Positions 53,097 to 64,000 of a DNA stretch of 64,000 bases are shown piece by piece. Under the pieces are notes generated by a model. It saw only the letters and a program-made list of their open reading frames with translations, ran no database searches and had not been told where the DNA came from. Location: NCBI RefSeq assembly GCF_009914755.1, contig NC_060932.1; one strand, written 5' to 3'. This DNA is from the human T2T-CHM13v2.0 reference genome, Homo sapiens. The position numbers were made by a program, and so were the translations under genes. Numbering within the stretch: the stretch's first letter is position 1; every line of letters begins with the position of its first letter.

Positions 53097-53189
53097 TGCC
53101 TTCCTAACACCCTCTCCTGCTGGTGACTGCCTTCCTAACAGCTTCTCCTGCTGGTGACTGTGCCTTACTAACGCCCTCTCCTGGTGACC
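53097..53189. repeat. ~31-bp tandem repeat x3 (TGCCTTCCTAAC...TCTCCTGCTGGTGAC)
   Basis: Direct repeats visible. Confidence 0.88.
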
Positions 53190-53883
53190 CCCTGCAGGTG
53201 GCTGTTTTGGGACAGCCCTCTAGGAAGACGCAAATCTGATAAACCTGCAGGGAGCACCTGTCACTCTGGCCTGTGCTGGCTCCGGGCTCTGGCTCAGTCC
53301 GTGGAGGGCTCTGTCCCGAGAGGCCTGCATCCAGGGGCTAGTGAGGGACAGACAGGCCATTTTGATGTGACTCATAAGCTAGATCATGAAACCATCTATG
53401 GGAGAGCCACAGGACGGGTGGGGCACTCAAGATGTGCCTGTTAGCAAGTTTTCTTTCTCCTCATTCCACTAATTACAGCATTAGCTACCTCCTGCATGCT
53501 ATTGCTTCCCCAGCACCTGAGCTGGAATTGGTTAAGTGGACAAGTCAAGTGTGTTTATTTCAGTGTGATACAGTACAGGTATTGAGTTGCTATTTCTGGC
53601 CTAAATAGGCAGTCACTTAAGGAATGTATGGCAAAAATGATAGCTTCATAGATAAGTACTTTTTAATGCAAAAGCCTTTGGGCTTCTCCCACCCTTTCTC
53701 CTTTTCTCTGGCAGTGTTCTTCCTCTCCTTCTTGCTGGTTGCTCCCTGAGTCCAGCAGTGAAGGAGGCACCCCCGATGCTGGCCTCCTCTGTTCTTGAGG
53801 GGCCTTCCGCTTTGGGAGGTGGTTAGCACAGAGCCTGCTGGCTTGATCGTACTCTGCGTGATTATTTCAAAATGGAAATTTGA

Positions 53884-54196
<313 letters not shown>

Positions 54197-54428
54197 GAAT
54201 GGCCTATTCTTTTGATGTATTTGTTTGCATAAAGCGAATAATTTATTAGGAAAAAATGGGATGGTGTATTACAGACATGTGATATTATCTCTGCTCAAAG
54301 AGGCATAATTAGTGGGGTCCTAAATATGTTGTTTTCCTTTTGTTCTTTGAAGATGAAATATCTTATGAACAATTTTTTTTTAATTTCTTAATATTTTACA
54401 AACTCAATGAGTTGACAGAAAAGCAGAA

Positions 54429-54530
54429 TAGTCCCAGCCACTCCAGAGGCTGAGGTGGGAGGATCCCTTGAGCCTAGAAGTTTGAGACCAGCCTGGGCAA
54501 CATAGCAAGATCCCGGCTCTTTAAAAAAAA
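54429..54530 (+). mobile_element. Alu monomer fragment
   Basis: GAGGCTGAGGTGGGAGGATC...CAGCCTGGGCAACATAG. Confidence 0.75.
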
Positions 54531-54743
54531 GAGGCAGAAAATATGATTACATATGATAAAACTTTATTTCCCCTAGATGAAATAATTTATTCTCTCCAAG
54601 AAAACACTGAACACATTACGTACTAAGTATGCCCTGTAAGGTTATTCATTCTATTTATATATTACTTTAGATCTGGGAGATCATGTGCTAAAATCTCGAG
54701 TTTGTAACATGATCTGAGGAAACCGGGTACAAAGAGGTGAAGT

Positions 54744-55072
<329 letters not shown>

Positions 55073-55423
55073 TCAGCACTTGGAGAGTCTGGCTGCCCCT
55101 CTGGGCTCCCCACCCTGAACTCAGTTTCATGTGTGTGGACCGCAACTGACTTTTGTGTCTTAATTTGCATAAGGAACTAGTGGGCTGGAGGAAGGTGAGA
55201 ACAGGAACACTGCCTCCTGTACTTTCGTTCTAGCTGGGGGAAATTTATGCTTGACCACAAAATACATCCACATCGTATCATTTTGGTAATCAAGAATCTT
55301 TCTGAAGAACATGGCTTTTTCAAAGTTCGTATCTCTTCTAACCATTTTTCTGCTACTAAAAGTGGTATATTTTTCATGTATTTAAGAAAGTTTTAGCACT
55401 CAGACTCTCTTTCTCTTTGTTAG

Positions 55424-55520
55424 GGATGTAAAGAATCATTTAAACTATGAACACAGAGTCTTTAATAGTGAAGAATTTCTCAAAACCAGGGCTCCAGGGG
55501 ACCATCAGTTTTATAAGCAG
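55424..55520 (+). CDS. DENND3: DENND3 exon 10 ([32 protein letters not shown])
   Basis: Acceptor TTGTTAG|G, donor CAG|GTGAGA; 97 nt, phase 2 to 0; dDENN FxxxxFL motif. Confidence 0.95.
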
Positions 55521-55716
55521 GTGAGAGCTGTGGGATTTGGGTGTGCCTGTGTGTGTTCAATCCATTATCCTTTTCTGTATTTAAATACTTTTCAAAATAA
55601 GTGTTCTCAAGTGTATCAACTTTTCCAAAAAGTTTGTTTTAGCATGGTTCCTTTTGACCATGTGGCTCTCCCTCTTTTTTTAAAAAATCAGCTTTTTAAG
55701 AGTATAATTTACTTGT

Positions 55717-56019
55717 GGCCAGGCACAGTGGCTCATGCCTGTAATCCCAGCACTTTGGGAGGCCGAGGCGGGCAGATCACCTGAGGTCAGGAGTTCGAGA
55801 CCAGCCTGGCCAACATGGTGAAATCCCATCTCTACTAAAAATACAAAAATTAGCTGGGTGTGGTAGTGCACGCCTGTAATCCCAGCTACTCAGGAGGCTA
55901 AGGCAGGAGAATTGCTTGAACCCAGGGGGTGGAGGTTGCTGTGAGCCAAGATGGTGTCACTATATTCCAGCCTGGGCGACAGAGCAAGACTCCGTCTCAA
56001 AAAAAAAAAAAAAAAAAAA
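55717..56019 (+). mobile_element. AluS inserted in an old antisense L1M fragment (continuing to ~56410)
   Basis: Long A tail; TSD AGTATAATTTACTT. Confidence 0.9.
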
Positions 56020-57276
56020 GTATAATTTACTTAAAATATGGCCATTTTAAGTGTGTGGTTTGATGGATTTTGACAAATGTACATATCTGTATCACCACTT
56101 CCTCAACCTGGACATAGAACATTTCCATGGCTCCAGTCTGCCCCATCCCTCCCCAGGTCCTGGCAACTCTACCTGTGTGCATCCCCGTAGACGGCTGGCC
56201 CATCTCAGAGTCTTGCGCTGTGCAGTCCTGCGGTCTGCGCTCTGTCTGCCTCTCTCCCTCAGCCTCCTGCCTCGGACCGAGCTGGGCTACTGTGTGTCTC
56301 AGCGGCGGCTCCTTTTTTTGCTAGGAATGTCCCGTGGTTGGGACAGAGTGCGCTTTGTTCTTCTGTCCACCTGCTACTGAGCATTGGGGTTGTTTCCATT
56401 TGTGACTATTACAAAAAAATAATCACCTTGGGGGCTTTGCCCTGGCAGGCGATTGAAGCTGCCTGAAGAGCCCCTTGATCCTTTGGGGGTTTGTTTTTAC
56501 AGCTTTGGGGTGGGCCGAGAACAGCCTTTCTCTAGGGTTGGTTTATAGCCTAACCCATCTGCTAAGTGATGTACCCTGCCCCGGGTGTCTCCTGAATGGC
56601 TGAGGGGTCAGCCAGGGCCCTCCGCCTTGGCTGTTGGGAGCGTGACTGGCTCTCTGCCCTGTGAGCTTGGAGAGTTGTTTTGCTTACAGCTTCCCAGTCG
56701 TTCTTTGGTTTGATGCGGTTTCGCCCTATGACTGGGCAGCGGGGTATTCAGCAAAGGCTTAGGGAGACCCTGATGCAGGCTCCGGGAGCTCCCTGTATCA
56801 TTCCCTCCTCTCCAGAGCCCTGCCCGAGGCTTCCAGCTGCCTCAGCCTCTGTGAGCTCCCTCCATGCCCTCAGTGCTGGAGCTGCGCCAGCCACGAGCCT
56901 GCCTCTCGTCCAGCATCTGAAAACAGTCGTTTCCTCTTTTTTATCGAGTTTCCTCATAGTTTATGTCAGGAGGATATGTCTGAGCCTTGTCTACTGCCTT
57001 ATGGCCAGAAGCTTGTGTCCACCTCTTGTAGCTATGATGAAATACTCTTTTGTTCATGGGGTGGGTATGTGGGACCCAGTGTGTGAATGTATGGCAGCCA
57101 TTTCTTCTCCTGTGTGAATGAGGAAGAGCAGAAAACCCTCGAGTTCATTCACTCAGTCAATATCCACTGGGTGTGAGTGGTGATGCCCAGTTCTGTGCCA
57201 GGAAGGCTCAGGGGCTTTGGAGCAGGGACCTGGGGAGTCGGCACAGCCCAGTGACCAGCCCCTCTCTCTTTTCCAG

Positions 57277-57380
57277 GTCTTAGACACCTACATGTTCCAT
57301 TCTTTTCTTAAAGCCCGGCTCAATAGGAGGATGGACGCCTTTGCTCAGATGGACCTCGACACCCAGTCGGAGGAGGACAG
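57277..57380 (+). CDS. DENND3: DENND3 exon 11 ([34 protein letters not shown])
   Basis: Acceptor TTTCCAG|GTC, donor CAG|GTGCTT; 104 nt, phase 0 to 2; dDENN TxMFxxF motif. Confidence 0.95.
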
Positions 57381-57555
57381 GTGCTTCACTGTTGTGTTTT
57401 GGATCTGCAGCTCTTTAGGAATCACAGTGTTCAAGGACCTCAGTTTTATTCGAATGAGTAAATGAGAAAGTCAATGGGAAATACCTTGTGCTTAGAAACT
57501 CATGATGAACTGGGCGACAGCTAGGAAGCTCTTCTCTCCATGTTTCTACTTCTTC

Positions 57556-57867
<312 letters not shown>

Positions 57868-58280
57868 TGAGGGAACACTTGAAACGTGCCCGATGTTAGC
57901 ATGCTCCCCGTGGTTTGTGGCCCTTGCGTCTTCCTCGGTGCTGCTCTCTCTCATCTCCTTTCTCTCTTCCCACCTCCCCCCATCCTCAAAGCCTGCTGTT
58001 TTCCATCTCTTCCTTGCTCTCTTCCTGAGCCCCCTCCAACATGTGTCTGCTGCAGTCAGGGCCCCTGTTGGCTTATGCTGGTTTCTTCTGGGCTTGTGTC
58101 TGGGTCCCCCTGAGGCTGCACTTGGTGAGATTTGGGCAACATGTTCTTACCAGTCTGTTTTCCACTGGTGTCCAAGAGTGTCATGTGCTCTTCATCACAC
58201 TGGGAAAAATGCTTAGTTTAGGCTTATTCTTCAATCATTATTGTGTCTATAAACTAACGCGTTGCTTTTTCATACCCCAG

Positions 58281-58480
58281 AATAAATGGAATGCTTCTAA
58301 GTCCAAGGAGACCGACCGTTGAGAAAAGAGCCTCCCGGAAGTCCTCGCACCTGCATGTCACCCACAGGCGCATGGTGGTCAGCATGCCCAACCTGCAGGA
58401 CATTGCCATGCCTGAGCTGGCACCCAGGAACTCCTCGCTCCGGCTGACGGACACCGCAGGCTGTAGGGGCAGCAGCGCAG
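58281..58480 (+). CDS. DENND3: DENND3 exon 12 ([12 protein letters not shown]...[10 protein letters not shown]...PRNSSLRL...GSSA), regulatory linker
   Basis: Acceptor CCCCAG|A, donor CAG|GTGAGG; 200 nt, phase 2 to 1. Confidence 0.95.
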
Positions 58481-59599
58481 GTGAGGGCTGCCCCCCACCG
58501 TGGTGCTGTGTGTCGGTCCCACCATTCCTGCACCTGCAAGTCATTGAGCAAAACTGGGACTTGTTTCAGGAGAGATGAGTGGGCTTGTTTTAGCAGCTGA
58601 GTTATTTGAAATGTTTAGAATATTCATTTTGCCAAGGTATGCCTTCTAGAAAATTATTTCTCGTCTGTATTTTCTGCCACCCAGTGTCACCGCTAAAGAT
58701 AACGGGGGCTCGGCATGGTTCGGCATCCTTCACAGGTGTAGGCTGTGCCTGTCTCTGTATGTGTGGATTGCATGTGTATAAATACATATTTACACATCCA
58801 CACGTGTGATAGGAGGCAGGGAGCGCACCAGGCACTTTCTAGAGCCGGAGCTGTGAAGGAGCCCAGTGCCCCTGCCCTCGTGGAGCTGGCATTCCAGGGC
58901 CAGGGCTAAAGTGAGCAGGGCCAGGGATGGGGAGGGGGCTTGACTGTGGTTGGGACATTTCCACAGAGATGGGACTGCATGGAGAGGCCAAGCCCAGCCT
59001 CGCGCCTTCTTGGGGAGGTACGTCCTGTCCCTAGTGAATGGGAGAAACTGTCGGGAGGCCGGGGCCTTGACCCCCAGGGCACCTGCTGCTGCTGTCTCGG
59101 GCCCAGGCAGCAAGTACCATGTGGCTCCTCCTGATCACTGTGCTGGGACCCCAGGAGCTGCACGAGTGACACCTTGATGACCCCGAGGGCTATGGTCTAG
59201 CAGGGGCAGTGCGCATGAATGACAGACCACGTTGTCTTTATCGGCTGAGCGCTGGAGCTCAGAGCGAACATTCTGGAGGCCACTGTGGGGTCCGAGCCTT
59301 CTGCCCCTGGCTGTGTGACCCTGGGCAGGCAGCTTCACCTCCCTGGTTCTGCAGTTCCTCTTCTGAACATCTGTCAGTCTGCCGCTGGCAGGTGCCCTGT
59401 GCCCACTCACCCTGGGAGCATGCTCCGCTTTCCCTGCCCTCGGAACCTTCCCCTGGAGCCCCCATGACCCTCCTCCTGCTCTCTTGGTCCTCTGGAGCTC
59501 CTGGGAGAAGAGGAAACCCAGCACCCAGTTGGTGCCTAGCTCCTGGAGGGCCCTTAGGTAACATCTATAGAAGGAGTTGGTGTGAGACACACACCTGGT

Positions 59600-59760
59600 T
59601 GAAGTGTGGCTCAGGCACTTAGTCGCTGTGTACCTGGGACAAGTAACCCAGGCTGTGGAAGCCTCGGTTTCCGCATCTGTAGAACGGGACTATAGTAATA
59701 ATACCCCTGTCCTGAGTTGTCTTTAAGGTAAATGAAACAATGGTTCTAAAGGGCTTCATC
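59600..59760 (+). mobile_element. MIR fragment
   Basis: GCCTCGGTTTCCGCATCTGTAGAACGGG MIR core. Confidence 0.6.
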
Positions 59761-60094
59761 CTGCCTAGCAGGTACATCTTGGCTTAGGCTATTAGCTTCA
59801 TCCTCAAATAAAGCCTCAGTACCCGATACCTCAGTAGTATTACTAGTTGTAGCAAACCAAATTGTTCAGTGAATGCTAGCTGCTATTCTCCTTGGGGTAC
59901 CATGGAAGCAAAGTGAGGGTTCTCTCATGCCTCCCAGGGGGGTGGGTGTGTGGAGCTTTCTGGAGGGAGCACACCCATTCTCATTTTATTTTGCATCCAG
60001 AGAAACATTGTCCTTGACAAGATGATGTGACAGGGACACGTGTTCATTTGGAAGGTCTGTGCTAATGGTCTCCTTTTCCCCCTGAATGTTTTAG

Positions 60095-60616
60095 TTCTGA
60101 ATGTCACGCCGAAGTCCCCGTATACATTCAAGATTCCCGAAATCCACTTTCCGCTGGAGAGCAAGTGCGTGCAGGCATACCATGCCCACTTTGTCTCCAT
60201 GCTGAGCGAGGCCATGTGCTTTCTGGCCCCCGATAACTCTCTGCTCCTGGCCCGCTATTTGTACCTCCGAGGGCTCGTTTATCTGATGCAGGGACAGCTG
60301 CTGAACGCCCTCTTGGACTTCCAGAATCTGTATAAAACAGACATACGGATCTTTCCCACTGATTTGGTGAAGAGGACGGTGGAATCCATGTCTGCCCCTG
60401 AGTGGGAGGGGGCTGAGCAGGCGCCGGAGCTGATGAGGCTCATCAGCGAGATCCTGGACAAGCCGCACGAGGCCTCGAAGCTGGACGACCACGTGAAGAA
60501 GTTCAAGCTGCCCAAGAAGCACATGCAGCTGGGCGACTTCATGAAGCGGGTCCAGGAGTCAGGGATCGTGAAGGACGCCAGCATCATACACCGGCTGTTC
60601 GAGGCCTTGACTGTAG
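60095..60616 (+). CDS. DENND3: DENND3 exon 13 ([19 protein letters not shown]...[11 protein letters not shown])
   Basis: Acceptor TTTTAG|TT, donor TAG|GTAAGA; 522 nt, phase 1 to 1; lies within ORF 60040..60657; gene continues beyond the window. Confidence 0.96.
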
Positions 60617-60645
60617 GTAAGAGGAGGCCTGGCACCATCACAGAT

Positions 60646-61248
60646 TTTATTATTTAGAGACAGGGTCTGGCTCTGTCGCCCAGGCTGGAGTGGACTGGCA
60701 ATCACAGCTTACTGCAACCTCCACCTCCTGGGCTCAAGCAGTCCTCCCACCTCAGCCTCCCGAGTAGCTGGGACTAGACTACAGGTACGCGACACCGTGC
60801 CCGGCTAATTTTAGTATTTTTTGTAGAGACAGGGTTTCAGTATGTTGCCCAGGCTGGTCTCGAACTCCTGGGCTCAAGTGATCCACCCACCTCGGCCTCC
60901 CTAAGTGCTGAGATTACAAGAGTGAGCCTCTGCGTTGGGCCCATATATTTTATTTTACTTTATTTATGAGATGGAGTCTTGCTCTGTCTCCCAGGTTGGA
61001 GTACAATGGCACGATCTTGGCTCACTGCAACCTCTGCCTCCTGGGTTCAAGTGATTCTCCTGTCTTAACCTCCTGAGTAGCTGGGATTATAGGCATGCGC
61101 CTCCACACCCAGCTAATTTTTGTATTTTTGTAGAGACAGGGTTTCACCATGTTGGCCAGGCTGGTCTCAAACTCCTGACCTCAAGGTGATCCACCTGTCT
61201 TGGCCCCCCAAAGTGCTGGGATTACAGGCGTGAGCCACCGCGCCTGAC
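60646..61248 (-). mobile_element. Tandem AluJ (60646-60941) + AluS (60947-61248)
   Basis: Two antisense Alus starting 30 nt after the exon 13 donor. Confidence 0.88.
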
Positions 61249-62443
61249 CCTATATATTTTAAATGCTTAACGACAGTGGTCAGGTAACAGCAGTGGTGAG
61301 GTAAGCCGCCAGCAGGTGGCAGGCAAGACCGCTGCAGCACCGTGGTCTTTACAGTTGCCCTGAGCACTTACCTGGGAACGGGTGTGGTTGGCGGGGCCCT
61401 TAGGCAATGTGCCTGTCCTGAGATCTTACACAGCCTGTCTCCAGGCTGGGCTCTGAGCTGCGCTCTGTGTGGGTGGAAGGGACCTAGAATTGCTGATGGG
61501 AGATGAAGACGCTCCTTGTCCGGGAGAATTGCTCAGCATCTGCACAGAACCATGGCCTCGGCTGAAATGCTGCAGACACATGCAAAAGCGGGGACGTGGG
61601 ACAAATGCCAGGGTCCTGCGCCCAGACTAACACCTGCTGCGTTTCCCATGGAGTGCAGTGGGCTTGTGCTTAGACCCAGCGGGGGCTCCGTGTGCCTCTC
61701 TCCCTCCCTCCCCAGAGGGAGCCACTGTCCGAAGCTGGAGCTTTCTTTTCTGGCCATGTTTTTATGCATTTACTACAAATGGATGCACCTGACGCGGTAC
61801 CTAGTGGTCGTGAGTTTAAACACAAAAATGGGAGAATGGGAATTGTCACACCGTATGTCTGAGTTTGCACGTGCTGTTTTACTCATGGTGTTTTCAAGAC
61901 GTATCTGTGTTGCTCCACATCCGTTGGGTTCATTCACTTCAACCACTGCCTGTGCTGTATGTAGTGTGTGGGCACCATTTGTCCACCTGTTTCACCATCA
62001 GTGGTGTCGCACCTGTTTCCTGGAGTATGTGTGGGTCAGTTCCTCTGAGATGTGTACCCAAGGCCTGCTTTGAGATGTGAGAACCGTCAGTCGGGCTTGG
62101 CGGGGGCCGCGCCTCCATGCTCCCAGGCAGCACACATTCCTCAGTCTCGACTCTCGCCCGTTGTGAGCCTGCAAGGATGCCACACTGACGTCACAAACAG
62201 TGCACGTGCTTGGAAGCAGTTCTGGTTTCTTTTCTGTGAGCTGTGTTGTCATGGTCTTTGCCCATTTTTATCTTGGGCTGCTTGTCCTTTCCTTAGGGAT
62301 GTGTAGGGCTCTTCAGGCCCTTGGGAAAAGCTGTCCTGGTGACAGAGGCCCGGCAGGTCTCTCTTCCGGCTGTGAAACAAGCGCTGCGGAATGCAGTTTC
62401 CTTGCTTATCGTGCCCGTGGGCTCTGAGGGATGTCATGGCCGA

Positions 62444-62539
62444 GTGTGTGTATGAGTGTGTATGTGTGTATATGAATGTGTGTGGGTGTGAAAATGTGTA
62501 TGTGTGTATATGTGTGCGAGTGTGCGTGTGTGCGCGCGC
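62444..62539. repeat. (TG)n/(CG)n alternating purine-pyrimidine tract
   Basis: Visible simple repeat. Confidence 0.85.
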
Positions 62540-62559
62540 TGTACCTCTCCCTGCGTGGT

Positions 62560-62682
62560 GAAGCCATCAGATTGTGCGCTCACTGATCCCTGTTGTTGAG
62601 TCTGATAAGGGTGAGCTCAGAAGCCATCAGATCGTGGCCTCACTGGTCCCAGTTGTGGAGTCCGATGAGGGTGAGCTCAGAT
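62560..62682. repeat. 60-bp tandem duplication
   Basis: AAGCCATCAGAT at 62561 and 62621; GGGTGAGCTCAGA in both units. Confidence 0.88.
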
Positions 62683-63689
62683 GCTCTGTGGTCACTCCCT
62701 GTGCCGTGCTTCGGGGACGCTGAGATGCTGCACCAGCCAGGCAGGGCGGGGTGGGCCCCACTTCCATCGAGCTCCTGCGGATGATGAGCACCACCCAGGA
62801 GCCACCTGGGGGGCAGGGCAGGGGCTGAATCCCACTGGGGGTGACTGTCTCTCACATGACAGGAGTCCAGGGCATGCATGGAGGCTCCTCCGTGTCATCT
62901 AGCGCCAGCTCCTTCTGTCACTCCTCTGTGGCCTGGAGCGGCCTGCTGTCTCCCGGTCACGAGCCAGCCCGTGGGCATCAGCACCGCAAGAGCAGGGTCC
63001 GTCCATCTTTTGAGGCACCCCCACCCCCGCCACACAGTGCCTTCTGTTTCCTCTCATTGGGCAGAATCGTGTCATGTGGCCGCCCAGTTGCAAGGGAGCC
63101 CGGGAAGGGTGCGTGGGCCCTGTCCAGCAGACCTGGCTGCTTGTGATAATGCCATCAGTGGCCCTGTTGTCACTTTGGCCTTGCTTACGTTGCCGATTAG
63201 GTTAGGAAATGGTCTTGATTCTGGGATATGTGAGCCTGAAGTTACCAATGTAAAGCAGCACCTAATACATGTTTTGGCCAAATGGGCATTTGTTAAAAAA
63301 AACAACAAGGTTTGGTCAGAGCTCAATGTCACCATCTTTGGACAAATTTATGTGATATAAGAATACATCAGAGATTTTATTGAAAAATATATTGCAATTT
63401 CATCATTACATACTTTAATGGCAAAATATGCTATTAACAGTGCAAGGCCAATATGCTCCCTGTTGCAGCTGCCCGTGAGGTGGCCTTCCCCAGGGACGCT
63501 GACATGTCTGCCACCTCCAGCATGGCCGTGCAGAAGCAAGACGTCCATGGGCAGCTCCAATGGTGACGTTGCCTGCACGCCACCTAGCTGAGCAGGAACA
63601 GTTGTATTGGAGGCGTGTGGGTGACGAGAGAGAGGTTAACGGCTGGTGTTTGTGTGAAACTGGAGACAAATGAGGACTGGGCATTGTGT

Positions 63690-64000
63690 CTACGTGGGCG
63701 TGTGCAACAACTGCGTGCATGACAGCTGCTGTGGATCACATGGGCTCATGAGTGTGCCTGGTGTCCACAGATGTGCACAGTGGTCATAAGTGTGCAGTGT
63801 TGGTGTGTGTGCACAGTGGCTGTGGGTGTGCGTAGTAGCCATAGGTGTGCACAGCGGCCATGGGTGTGCAAAGTAGTGGGTGTGCACGGTGCTGGGCGTG
63901 CACAGTGGCCGTGGGTGTGCACTGTGGTAGGCGTGCACAGTGCCTAGATGTGCACGCTGTTGGTGTGCATGGTGATGGGCATGCACAGTGGGTGTGCACA
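63690..64000. repeat. Degenerate GT-rich minisatellite with GTGCAC cores, cut by the window end
   Basis: Recurrent GTGTGCACAGTGG-like units about 17-19 bp long. Confidence 0.8.

Noticed and set aside
53433-53444. C-terminal CAC (CXC prenylation-like) of the cryptic intron 9 frame
   Set aside because: CXC geranylgeranylation needs a Rab fold bound to REP; likely coincidence.
58281-58286. AATAAA at the very start of exon 12
   Set aside because: Dictated by the R-I-N codons; no evident downstream GU/U-rich element.
60091-60641. Antisense ORFs overlapping exon 13
   Set aside because: Shadow frames of a GC3-rich coding exon.
62186-62193. Perfect CRE TGACGTCA in intron 13
   Set aside because: A single 8-mer within degenerate repeat-like sequence is expected by chance in 64 kb.

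Overview
Primate (human-like) genomic DNA, not prokaryotic. It holds about 20 kb of repeat-rich upstream sequence, a CpG-island promoter (~20.2-21.5 kb), and the first 13 coding exons of DENND3, a DENN-domain guanine-nucleotide exchange factor for Rab12, on the + strand. I assembled the exons by hand from GT-AG boundaries. All phases join in frame: 2275 nt, 758 codons plus 1 nt, and the gene continues past the window end. The rest is about 39 Alu elements or fragments, old L1/L2/MIR/MER33/MER82/MLT1 pieces, a MER4-group ERV1 LTR and several small tandem repeats. Most entries in the ORF track are Alu-, repeat- or GC-derived and non-coding. I found no wholly new biological system. The best leads are tandem repeats that build splice signals (introns 4, 9, 13), an inverted-Alu geometry predicting an exon 5-10 circRNA, a TSD-bounded duplicated LTR in intron 5, and a TPR-like motif in exon 13. 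Repeat boundaries are approximate and subfamily names come from recalled consensus sequences.
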